Assembly (NCBI GenBank): GCA_040767255.1
Contig: JAXGOZ010000003.1
Span: 1 to 64,000, forward strand
Direction of reading: 5' to 3'
Source of the DNA: Caldisericia bacterium
Lineage (GTDB): Bacteria > Caldisericota > Caldisericia > UBA6126
DNA: 64,000 nucleotides
Position numbers and translations under genes: made by a program. Under the pieces are notes generated by a model. It ran no database searches. It was not told the DNA's origin and was given only the letters and a program-made list of their open reading frames with translations. Below, piece after piece: positions 24,394 through 33,085 of this stretch. Within the stretch, counting starts at the first letter, position 1; the number at the start of each line of letters is the position of its first letter.

Positions 24394-24655
24394 TGCTAAT
24401 CACCTCCACTTGCTGATTTTTTGGAAGCTTGATCATTTGTAAAGTTTCGCGGTTCATTGCTTCTTCAATTACATAGTTAACATTGACGACATTCTCGTAT
24501 TCTTTTTGTAAATCACTCATTTGAACCCGTAACTCTTGATTTTGGAAGGTGACTAACTCAATTTTCTTATCTACCATCCAAATGAGGGTTTGTGTAATAC
24601 CTACAAACATCAAACATAGAATCATGATCATTAAGCTACGGAGTGCTGTGTTCAT
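24377..24655 (-). CDS. ftsL: cell division protein FtsL-like (single TM plus coiled coil)
   Basis: 92 aa with an N-terminal TM and a coiled-coil (QNQELRVQMSDLQKEYENV). Positioned between rsmH and the PBP. Confidence 0.6.
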   Translation of the reverse strand: MNTALRSLMIMILCLMFVGITQTLIWMVDKKIELVTFQNQELRVQMSDLQKEYENVVNVNYVIEEAMNRETLQMIKLPKNQQVEVISIDFSE

Positions 24656-25532
24656 TCCGAATACCTATGCGCAATTTAGCACTTCTAGCTGCTGGATTGA
24701 TTTCAATTTCATCATCTGATGGTTTAATCACTTTTTTATTCCATTTCTCAAAATCAGGAGAATCCCGAAAAAAGAATTTTACTTTTCGATCTTCGATAGA
24801 ATGATATGAAATGATGGCAACAAGACCTTTAGACAACATAATAAAAGGTAATTGATTTAAAAGATTCTCTAAATGAACCATTTCTTGGTTGGTTTCAATT
24901 CGAAGAGCTTGAAATGTTTGTGTTGCGGGATGAGTAGAACGTCCATGATGTCGATATCCTTTCGCTTTTGCTACAATCGAAGCAAGCTCTGAACAGGTTT
25001 CAATTGGTTTTTTTTGACGGGCTCGAACAATGAAGTATGCAATTTTCCTGGAAGCTCTTTCTTCCCCATATTCATAAATCATGTCGGCTAATTTTTTTTC
25101 AGGATAGTGGTTTACAATGTCGAAAGCATTGTATTGGGATTGATCAGAATCGAACCTCATTAGCAAAGGATCTTCTGATAAAAAACTGAACCCGCGCTTT
25201 ATTGTTTTCAGCTGAAACATAGAAAGACCTAGATCAGCAAACAAAACAGTTGGATGGGGTATTGTTTTAGATTGAATCAGATCTGGGATATCCGCATAAT
25301 TTTCTGGAATCAATGTAAAGTTCGAAGCTATTTTCGACAACCGTTGATGAGCAACAGATAGGGCATCAGCATCTCGATCGAAGCCATAATAATGACCATT
25401 TGGGATGCAGGGTAGCATAATACTTGCATGACCACCCTCCCCGCATGTACAATCAAAAAAGATAGTGTCATGCTGCAATTGCAATAGTTGAACAATCGAA
25501 TCTCTAAAAACTGGTATATGGTGTATAATCAT
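24636..25532 (-). CDS. rsmH: 16S rRNA (cytosine1402-N4)-methyltransferase RsmH (MraW)
   Basis: 298 aa; N-terminal SAM-binding FFDCTCGEGGHA. First gene of the dcw cluster. Confidence 0.9.
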   Translation of the reverse strand: MIIHHIPVFRDSIVQLLQLQHDTIFFDCTCGEGGHASIMLPCIPNGHYYGFDRDADALSVAHQRLSKIASNFTLIPENYADIPDLIQSKTIPHPTVLFADLGLSMFQLKTIKRGFSFLSEDPLLMRFDSDQSQYNAFDIVNHYPEKKLADMIYEYGEERASRKIAYFIVRARQKKPIETCSELASIVAKAKGYRHHGRSTHPATQTFQALRIETNQEMVHLENLLNQLPFIMLSKGLVAIISYHSIEDRKVKFFFRDSPDFEKWNKKVIKPSDDEIEINPAARSAKLRIGIRNEHSTP

Positions 25533-25546
25533 ATTCTCACATTATT

Positions 25547-25871
25547 CCACCTTGAGCAGTCATTAAGCCAGGTTCTGTATCCAATGATGGATGGCAATCA
25601 TCTATCTAAGCGACACACCTACAAACTCGGCGAGCAACCTACAAGCGTTTGTTATTGGTCTTGCTCCAGGTGGGGTTTACAAAGCCAATCGGTCACCCGA
25701 TTGCTGGTGAGCTCTTACCTCGCCATTTCAACTTTACCTGATAACAGGCCGTGTATTTTCTGTTGCACTTTCCTTAGGGTCACCCCCACTAACCGTTAGT
25801 TAGCACCCTGCTCTATGGAGCCCGGACTTTCCTCTGACATAGTCAGTAATTGCCTTTCGTGCTCAAGGTGG
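25547..25871 (-). ncRNA. rnpB: RNase P RNA (rnpB), bacterial type
   Basis: Reverse strand contains GAGGAAAGTCCGGGCTCCATAGAGCAGGGTG (universal P4 region), AAAGTGCAACAGAAAATAC, and the 3' AGATAGATGATTGCC…ACAGAAC. The 5' CCACCTTGAGCA pairs with the 3' TGCTCAAGGTGG as P1. The track ORF 25488..25799(+) is antisense to this RNA. Confidence 0.9.
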
Positions 25872-25978
25872 TATTCAGTATACCATATTCCCTTTTTTTT
25901 GCAGAAGTTCCTGCCGCTATGATTTATGTTCTCTGCTTTTTCTGGTATGATACAAACATACCAATTATGGGAGGCCAC

Positions 25979-27013
25979 ATGAATCAATCCGAAGAATATA
26001 TCCAATGGATGACCAAAACATTAAAAAACCTGTGTAATATTCCCAGTCCATCAGGCTTTACACATCACATTTCTAACCATGTATTTGAAATCCTAACACA
26101 ACTCGGGTATTCTCCAATAAAAAACTGTAAGAATGGGATCCTTTGTTCCATAAATACAAAAGGTCCTGTCCTTACTTTAGCAGCACATTTAGATACTTTA
26201 GGTGGTATTGTTCGATCCATTAAATCCAATGGCAGGCTCCGTATTAGTAAAATTGGAGGTTGGGCAGAAAACACGGTATCAGGTGAAAACTGTTTGATAC
26301 ATACACATGAAGGAAAAACGATATCTGGCACAATGCAGTATACTGAATCCTCCGTTCATACATCCAGAAATATCTCCAAAGAAAAAAATGAAGAAGAAAT
26401 TGAAGTAGTCATTGATGAAAAGGTATACTCCAAGAAAGATACTCTTGATAAAGGCATTGAAATTGGTAACTATATTTCCTTTGATCCACGTTTCACTATT
26501 ACAAATACAGGCTATATTAAAAGCAGGCATCTCGACGACAAAGCTGGATCAGTAGTATTGCTAGCTGTTGCAAAATGGATCCAAGAAAATTCTGCTAAAG
26601 TTCGTCAGAAAATCCATCTTTACTTCACTACTTATGAAGAAGTTGGCCATGGTGGTTCTTCGGGGGTACCCACAGATACAGAAGAAATGATCGCAGTAGA
26701 CATGGGAGCCATAGGATCTGATTTAATGGGTAGCGAAGAAAAAGTATCTATCTGTGTAAAAGATAGTGGAGGACCGTATGATTACGATGTTACTTCCAAA
26801 TTGATTCAGCTTGCAAAAACAAATCATCTCGACTACGCTGCAGATGTTTTTCCGTATTATGGATCCGATGTTGAGACAACTCTTCGTGCAGGCTATCTTG
26901 TTAAACATGGTTTAATAGGACCCGGAGTATCTTCATCTCATGGGTATGAAAGAACTCATCAGGAAGGCCTCTGGAATACTCTTCAATTAATCACTCACTA
27001 TATACAGCAATAA
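25979..27013 (+). CDS. M42 family metallopeptidase (glutamyl aminopeptidase / CelM-like)
   Basis: The M42 family motifs are present. Start moved to MNQSEEY at 25979 (GGGAGG RBS) because the upstream in-frame part overlaps rnpB. Confidence 0.75.
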   Translation: MNQSEEYIQWMTKTLKNLCNIPSPSGFTHHISNHVFEILTQLGYSPIKNCKNGILCSINTKGPVLTLAAHLDTLGGIVRSIKSNGRLRISKIGGWAENTVSGENCLIHTHEGKTISGTMQYTESSVHTSRNISKEKNEEEIEVVIDEKVYSKKDTLDKGIEIGNYISFDPRFTITNTGYIKSRHLDDKAGSVVLLAVAKWIQENSAKVRQKIHLYFTTYEEVGHGGSSGVPTDTEEMIAVDMGAIGSDLMGSEEKVSICVKDSGGPYDYDVTSKLIQLAKTNHLDYAADVFPYYGSDVETTLRAGYLVKHGLIGPGVSSSHGYERTHQEGLWNTLQLITHYIQQ

Positions 27014-27025
27014 AGGAGATTCAGT

Positions 27026-27895
27026 ATGACTTTTATTGGTTTTAGTATTCTCTTAATCGCCGTTTTCATCGGGTCTTTGATGTACAATAAAAAAAGTAGA
27101 GTTGTTCAGTCCTATCAAAGATCTACTCCATGGATTGTTATTTTCGTCCTCATTATTGTATCATTGTGGTCTTCAATGAAAATTGTACCTACCGGTAACG
27201 TTGGTATTATATACCAGTTTGGGGGCATTGTAGATCAAAAGCCCGAGGGTCTTCAGATGATTCCACCCTGGAATGAAATGAAACTAGCAGATATTCGTAT
27301 ACAAAAGCATACATTTTCTAACCTAGAATGCTTTTCGTTAGAAACCCAGAATGTAACGTTAAGTCTAACCTTAAATTTCAAAGTTTCACCAACGATCATC
27401 CAAGACTTATATAGAAATATAGGTCCTCGTTACTTTGATGTGATCATATTTCCAAAAATCCCTCAAATAGTAAAAGATGAAACCGTAAAATACAAAGCTG
27501 TAGATATTGCCCCAAACAGAGAAGCTCTTCGTGTTTCTATCCGTGAACGATTGAAAAGCGATTTGGAAAGTTATTCGATCGAAGTGGTGGATGTTCTTCT
27601 CGAAGATATCTATTTTAGTGCCGAGTTTGAACAATCCATTGAAATGAAACAAATTGCTACTCAGAAAGCACTCGAGGAACAAGAAATTGTGAAGCAAGAA
27701 AAGTTTAAAGCGGAACAACAGATTACCCGTGCTCAAGGTGAAGCTGAGGCTAATCGACTCATATCAGAATCCTTAAGTCCTGAGATCCTTCAATATACAA
27801 TGATTGAAAAACTAGCGGATGATATCAAAATTATCATGCTACCTTCCAATCAAAGTTTTATTCTAAGTCCTGATGCACTTATTGAAGCAAAGTAA
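27026..27895 (+). CDS. SPFH/band-7 (prohibitin/HflK-C-like) membrane protein
   Basis: N-terminal TM, SPFH core, and a C-terminal coiled coil (EQEIVKQEKFKAEQQITRAQGEAEANRL). Confidence 0.8.
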   Translation: MTFIGFSILLIAVFIGSLMYNKKSRVVQSYQRSTPWIVIFVLIIVSLWSSMKIVPTGNVGIIYQFGGIVDQKPEGLQMIPPWNEMKLADIRIQKHTFSNLECFSLETQNVTLSLTLNFKVSPTIIQDLYRNIGPRYFDVIIFPKIPQIVKDETVKYKAVDIAPNREALRVSIRERLKSDLESYSIEVVDVLLEDIYFSAEFEQSIEMKQIATQKALEEQEIVKQEKFKAEQQITRAQGEAEANRLISESLSPEILQYTMIEKLADDIKIIMLPSNQSFILSPDALIEAK

Positions 27896-28664
27896 CCCAC
27901 TCTTTTTTTTGTAAAACATTTTGGGCTGCAGATTTTTGGGATTCTTTTTTTGTCCTCCCACAACCGCAGCCCAAATATTGATTTTTGACAAATACCTTTG
28001 TAAAGAACCCACTCTTTGGACTATCTTCAGACAAATGCGTCTGGTAGCTAGGTTCTTCTCCATAAATTTTTCTGGTAATCTCTTGAAGACGAGTTTTCGG
28101 ATCTTTCACATATCTTTGGGACGATACGACTTGCATAATTTCAACAAAGATCCCTTGAAGCCATTTTGATACAATACTTGGACCACAATCATAATAGTAA
28201 GCAGCTACCAATGCTTCAAAAAGTCCACAGTAGGGCTCATACCGAGTCGCATTGGGAGTTGGATCAAAAAACTGTCTACAAAACCTTTCGGAAATGTACT
28301 TTTCACCCTTTGACATTAAAAAAGCACGGTAAAGACGATATTTCATCGTGATGGATGTCAGAGTTTCCGATCTTACATATGCAGCCCGTAAAACAGTTAA
28401 TTCTCCTTGAGTAGAATGAAAATATTGATTGGCCAAAAACAATGATACATTGCTTTGCAGTATTGAATCGCCTACAAATTCCAACCGTTCGTTATCTTGA
28501 TATGGCCAGTCATTCTCTGCTCTAAAAGAACGGTGTGTGAAAGCTTCGTGATAATACCGCAAACATCTCGGTTGAATGCGGATTAATGGCAAAACTCCAA
28601 GTATCCGATCCCGATGCTCCAACTCAATATTTTTAAAATTAGAAACAATATTTTTCGTATCCAT
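27879..28664 (-). CDS. rnc: ribonuclease III
   Basis: ERLEFVGDSILQ catalytic signature plus a C-terminal dsRBD. Preferred start is MDTKNIV at 28664; the track ORF starts 13 codons earlier. Confidence 0.9.
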   Translation of the reverse strand: MDTKNIVSNFKNIELEHRDRILGVLPLIRIQPRCLRYYHEAFTHRSFRAENDWPYQDNERLEFVGDSILQSNVSLFLANQYFHSTQGELTVLRAAYVRSETLTSITMKYRLYRAFLMSKGEKYISERFCRQFFDPTPNATRYEPYCGLFEALVAAYYYDCGPSIVSKWLQGIFVEIMQVVSSQRYVKDPKTRLQEITRKIYGEEPSYQTHLSEDSPKSGFFTKVFVKNQYLGCGCGRTKKESQKSAAQNVLQKKEWVTLLQ

Positions 28665-28667
28665 TTT

Positions 28668-28700
28668 TTGGAGTAGTATAATAAAAGCAGCAAACAAGTT
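28668..28700 (+). promoter_or_regulatory. putative sigma-A promoter for the response-regulator operon (TAGTATAAT -10)
   Basis: An extended -10 (GAGTAGTATAAT) lies about 40 nt upstream of the RR ATG, in the divergent rnc/RR intergenic region. Confidence 0.35.
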
Positions 28701-28722
28701 CAATCGAATTATGTAACAGAGG

Positions 28723-29421
28723 ATGAAAAATATGTCAATTCAAAGAAAAATTTTAGTAATCGAAGATGAGTCACCAATTCGTACTTTTATTGCCATTAAC
28801 CTAAGAAGAAATGATTTTGAAGTGGTTGAGGCAGCTTCTGGCGAAGAAGGCCTGGATATCGTGAAAAACGAGTTTATTGATCTTATCCTTCTTGATGTTA
28901 TGCTTCCTGGTAAAAATGGATACGAAACCTGTGAAGCCATTCGAAAGATAAATGACAAGGTTCCCATTATCATGTTGACAGCGAAAGGGCAAGATCAAGA
29001 TAAAATTCACGGATTTCAAAGCGGAAGTGACGATTACGTCGTGAAACCTTTTAATCCAATTGAGTTGATTGCACGTATCAATGCTATTTTAAAACGTTTT
29101 GAAAACACCGAATGTTATCATTCAGGCTTTATGCAATCGCACGGAATTTCCATTAATTTACGTACTAGAGAAGCTTTTAAAATGGGGGTTCAGCTTGACC
29201 TTACCCAGCGTGAATTTAGGCTTCTAAGCTTACTGATGGAAAATCCTGGAGTAGCTATTACTCGAGATGAAATCATGGATCGAGTATGGCATGATGTAGT
29301 TACCGAGCAAAAAACGATTGATGTATACATTCGAAGGCTTCGAGGGAAAATTGAAAATAATCCTGCTAAACCCGACTTCATTGAAACAGTATGGGGTGTG
29401 GGTTACCGCTGGCGTAGGTAA
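28723..29421 (+). CDS. OmpR/PhoB-family response regulator
   Basis: Receiver domain (DD…D…K) plus a winged-helix trans_reg_C (…VWGVGYRWR). Confidence 0.92.
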   Translation: MKNMSIQRKILVIEDESPIRTFIAINLRRNDFEVVEAASGEEGLDIVKNEFIDLILLDVMLPGKNGYETCEAIRKINDKVPIIMLTAKGQDQDKIHGFQSGSDDYVVKPFNPIELIARINAILKRFENTECYHSGFMQSHGISINLRTREAFKMGVQLDLTQREFRLLSLLMENPGVAITRDEIMDRVWHDVVTEQKTIDVYIRRLRGKIENNPAKPDFIETVWGVGYRWRR

Positions 29422-30833
29422 TGATCCGATTTCAATTTCGTAGCATTCGAGCAAGACTGATTGTTGGGTATACCATTGTAGTTTGTTTAAGTATCGGATT
29501 CTTTTTAAGTACGTTAATTGTTACTATCCATTACTACTATAAAAATAGTGTAACCAACATTGTTAAAAATCAAGCCTTGCTATCTTCTATGTTCTTTCAT
29601 GAATATTTAGAAAATCCAAATATTTTTACACAAAGACAGACTATATTGAAAAATTTTTCATCAAACTTCAATGCTCAAGTACAATTGTTTGAATCCAATG
29701 GAAACATACTAGCAGACACCTTGGCTACTCCAAATGTTATTCCATTGCATATCAATAACATTTCCTCAATTCGTTCACAATCGTATATTGTTTGGCAGAG
29801 TCATACTCTACAAGAAAAAGAACCTATCCTCGGTGTTACAATACCGTTGTATGCCAGCGATGAATTTATTGGGTATGCCAGGTTTATTACATCTTTAAAC
29901 AAGGTACGCTATAGCATGCTGCAAATTTCTTTGTTTTTGGTTATTTTAGGTCTTTTCGCCATTTTTGTAAGTATTCTCGTTGGAATTCACATATCAAAAA
30001 GCCTATCTTCACCCATCAGCAAAATTACTCACGCCTCCCGTAAAATGAGTAATGGCGATTACACGGTAAGGATTTCAGAAAATCGACAAGATGAAATTGG
30101 TCAACTAGGAAAGACCTTTAACCAAATGGTTAAAGAAATTCAAGACCGAGAAGAAATCAAAAATAGTTTTATCTCGTCTATGTCTCACGATCTAAGAACT
30201 CCCCTTACTTCCATCAAAGGATGGGCGATCACGTTGAAAGAAACGAGTCAATTGAAACTATCTGAACTACAACAGGGAATTGACATTATTGAAAAGGAAT
30301 GTGATCGTTTGTCGGAAATGGTCAATCGATTGCTTGATTTCTCAAAGCTCAATCCTCAAACCCAGCAAATCAAACCGATAAAAACAGATATTCGAAAAAT
30401 TCTTGAAGATTCTATTCTTTTTATTCAACCTTCAATCAAGCAGCAACAAATGAGGCTGCGGAAAAATATCCCCAACCATCCAGTGATGGTTTCGGTTGAT
30501 CCGTTCTATGTTAAACGGGCATTTGATAATGTTTTAGACAATGCAGTAAAATACTCTGGTGAAGGTTCAGAAATCCTAGTTCAAATGAAAACTGTGGGAC
30601 GAAACCTATATGTTTGTATATCTGATTCGGGACCAGGTTTTCCATCAAAAGACTTGCCATTTGTAAAACTGAAGTTTTACCAAGGGTCTAATAAAAAACA
30701 AGGATCTGGTATGGGCTTAGCTATCTGTGACAACATCATGTCACTTCATGGTGGACGACTGATTGTTGAAAATAGTCAGCCCCAGGGAGCTAAGATATGT
30801 CTCGTATTTTCTTTGGAGCTAAAGAATGTATAG
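29421..30833 (+). CDS. sensor histidine kinase (2 TM, HAMP, HisKA, HATPase_c)
   Basis: H-box SHDLRTPL, N box, G boxes GSGMGLAI. ATGA overlap with the RR stop. Confidence 0.92.
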   Translation: MIRFQFRSIRARLIVGYTIVVCLSIGFFLSTLIVTIHYYYKNSVTNIVKNQALLSSMFFHEYLENPNIFTQRQTILKNFSSNFNAQVQLFESNGNILADTLATPNVIPLHINNISSIRSQSYIVWQSHTLQEKEPILGVTIPLYASDEFIGYARFITSLNKVRYSMLQISLFLVILGLFAIFVSILVGIHISKSLSSPISKITHASRKMSNGDYTVRISENRQDEIGQLGKTFNQMVKEIQDREEIKNSFISSMSHDLRTPLTSIKGWAITLKETSQLKLSELQQGIDIIEKECDRLSEMVNRLLDFSKLNPQTQQIKPIKTDIRKILEDSILFIQPSIKQQQMRLRKNIPNHPVMVSVDPFYVKRAFDNVLDNAVKYSGEGSEILVQMKTVGRNLYVCISDSGPGFPSKDLPFVKLKFYQGSNKKQGSGMGLAICDNIMSLHGGRLIVENSQPQGAKICLVFSLELKNV

Positions 30834-32226
30834 AAAAAGGACGACTACAAAAAAGATATTCATCTTCCTGGTAGGAATTGTGATCCATCTACACTTTCTT
30901 AGCTGCACACTGTTTCCTCCACCATCAGAAATGATTATGAGCCCCGCTGTACAAGATCCGATTCTAGAAATCATTCAATCGGTTCTCCCATTGAATGCCA
31001 CTATTCTTACGCTACCAAATCAATTAAAAACTTCATTTTATCAACAATACGATATCGATGGCAACCACTGTGATGAAATCCTTTTTGCTACTAGTTTTTC
31101 ACAAAGTGGTTTGGAGCAGAATACTGTGCAAGTCATGATCATCAAGAAATTTTTAGAAAATTGGAGAATCGTTTGGCAATGTAGTAGCTTTGCACAAGGA
31201 ATTGACTATTGTTCATTACAAGACATAACCAATGACTCCATTCCAGAAATTATCATTGGATGGAGCAGTGGCACTAATTTTGAAAAAGGACTCGATGTAT
31301 ATTGCTTTACAGACATTCCTTCATTTACAACATTGAAAAGTTTTTCCACTGCATATTCCAATTTTGAGATCCGCAACTTGCTTGGACTACAAGAACAAAC
31401 TGGTTATCATGACAAAATGGAAATGATCATATGGAAGAAAGAATTTGAAAATGCTTATTCTGTCGATATTTTGCAATTCACCAATGTTACTACAGTAACA
31501 CAATCAACGCTTGAGCCAGTACCTTTAAATGAATATTATCCCTCTTACTTCTCATCCATTGTCCGATACTATGAACCATTGGTAAATCAACATCCAAACC
31601 AGACAATGTATTGGTACTACTATAGCTTTTCACTATTTTATTCTCAGCAATACAAAGAATCACTCGAAGCCTGTTTAAAAGGTATTCAAACAAACAAACA
31701 CAGCCTTTCTTTTCCTCTATCATACGATTATATGTACTTGCATGGCAAGATTCTCCTGACGCTTGGAGAAATCGATGGTGCGAAAAAAGTATTTGAAGAG
31801 CTACGTTTGAAACTTCAAGAAAGAAAACTAATCTCGGTAGAAGAGACAAACCTATTGTGCCAGGCAGAGCTTTGTTTAGCTGAGATATATCTACAGCTGA
31901 GTAACGTTGAAGAAACCCATCAATTGCTATCGCAAATACAGCTCTACCTTGATTCTGTATTTCAATACCAATCACCCGCGAAAAGAACGTCCAAAATTCC
32001 CTTGGATGCATTGGTTTCCCGACTTGAGTATCAAACCATTCAGACAGAGTTCCAGGCAAACTTGTCGTATCTTTACCTACAAAAACATATTCATAGGCTT
32101 CCTGAAGGAGATAATATTCTTAAGGTAACCACTAGCATTTATCCAAATCAAAATTATAATCGTATCTTCATATTCGATCATTTCAGCATCCTTCTTCCAT
32201 ACCATTCAAAGTTACTTGATTTTTAG
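30826..32226 (+). CDS. hypothetical lipoprotein / membrane-anchored protein with a C-terminal TPR-like helical region, translationally coupled to the kinase
   Basis: N-terminus KKIFIFLVGIVIHLHFLSC (signal with a lipobox-like LSC). 466 aa. Start overlaps the HK stop by 8 nt. No recognisable catalytic motif. Confidence 0.6.
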   Translation: MYRKRTTTKKIFIFLVGIVIHLHFLSCTLFPPPSEMIMSPAVQDPILEIIQSVLPLNATILTLPNQLKTSFYQQYDIDGNHCDEILFATSFSQSGLEQNTVQVMIIKKFLENWRIVWQCSSFAQGIDYCSLQDITNDSIPEIIIGWSSGTNFEKGLDVYCFTDIPSFTTLKSFSTAYSNFEIRNLLGLQEQTGYHDKMEMIIWKKEFENAYSVDILQFTNVTTVTQSTLEPVPLNEYYPSYFSSIVRYYEPLVNQHPNQTMYWYYYSFSLFYSQQYKESLEACLKGIQTNKHSLSFPLSYDYMYLHGKILLTLGEIDGAKKVFEELRLKLQERKLISVEETNLLCQAELCLAEIYLQLSNVEETHQLLSQIQLYLDSVFQYQSPAKRTSKIPLDALVSRLEYQTIQTEFQANLSYLYLQKHIHRLPEGDNILKVTTSIYPNQNYNRIFIFDHFSILLPYHSKLLDF

Positions 32227-32361
32227 TATATGTTCAACCTGAATTCTACTTTACAAATGGCATTGATAATGGACTATTGCACCATGCTATTATATGGGGT
32301 AAAGAATCGAAGAATAAGATGCAGCGATTATCCAGTTTGCTCGATCCATCTTGGCCTTTAA

Positions 32362-32625
32362 ATGAACAAAGTAGAATTGATCAGTTCTTCAAAAGATGTA
32401 TCAAAACAGCAATATATCTTTGTATACACTGAAAATCCAATGGTCTTGCTCATGCATTACGAAGAGGAAAATGATCAATGGCTGATTCTCTGGCATCCTC
32501 ATTATCAAAAATGGAAGGCTAATCAAGGAACTATCAGTATGTCTCCTAGCTTAAATGAGTTCGTAACCACGGGTACATCATTAGACAATTTGATCCCCGA
32601 AATTATATGTTTAAAGAAGGGATGA
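32362..32625 (+). CDS. hypothetical protein; possibly the first fragment of a decayed or frameshifted gene continuing to about 33000
   Basis: 87-aa ORF. The in-frame-shifted downstream pieces (…YTARFLSVGSFGASF… and the 32803..33000 ORF) suggest a single roughly 210-aa gene broken twice. Confidence 0.25.
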   Translation: MNKVELISSSKDVSKQQYIFVYTENPMVLLMHYEEENDQWLILWHPHYQKWKANQGTISMSPSLNEFVTTGTSLDNLIPEIICLKKG

Positions 32626-33085
32626 ATTCTTTTTATCGGACATTTATTGACAATTCGGCGGTTTGATTCCTCCAATAGCGCATATTACCTCCATCAACAA
32701 GATGGTTAAAACACCTGCATATTCCACATTGGTCGATTTTGTATACACGGCAAGATTTTTATCAGTTGGATCATTTGGAGCATCTTTTAGAAAGCAGAAC
32801 CTTTGACATCCTCGAATATTCATCCTGCTTCTTTCATCCAAAATCCTTTGCACCAAATGTGGGATGTTTCTCAAGATGATATCATTAGCCTACGACCCTC
32901 ACATTTCATTGTGAGAACAGACCAAGGAAATCATTACCATTGTAAACTTCAACGCAACGGTAATCAGTGGAAAATTACTTCCATTCAAAAAGAAGATTAA
33001 CAAAGTACACCCTGGTTTTCCTTCATAAATCTCATTTTATCGTATAATAAGGTAAGAAAATCTATTTTTTGCCTAGGGGGTAGAA

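Noticed and set aside
25488-25799. 103-aa plus-strand ORF
   Set aside because: It lies antisense within the RNase P RNA gene. Its sequence is explained by the conserved RNA.
31490-32059. 189-aa minus-strand ORF
   Set aside because: It is fully antisense to the 466-aa lipoprotein gene, which is translationally coupled to the kinase, and it has no recognisable domain. Most likely a shadow ORF.
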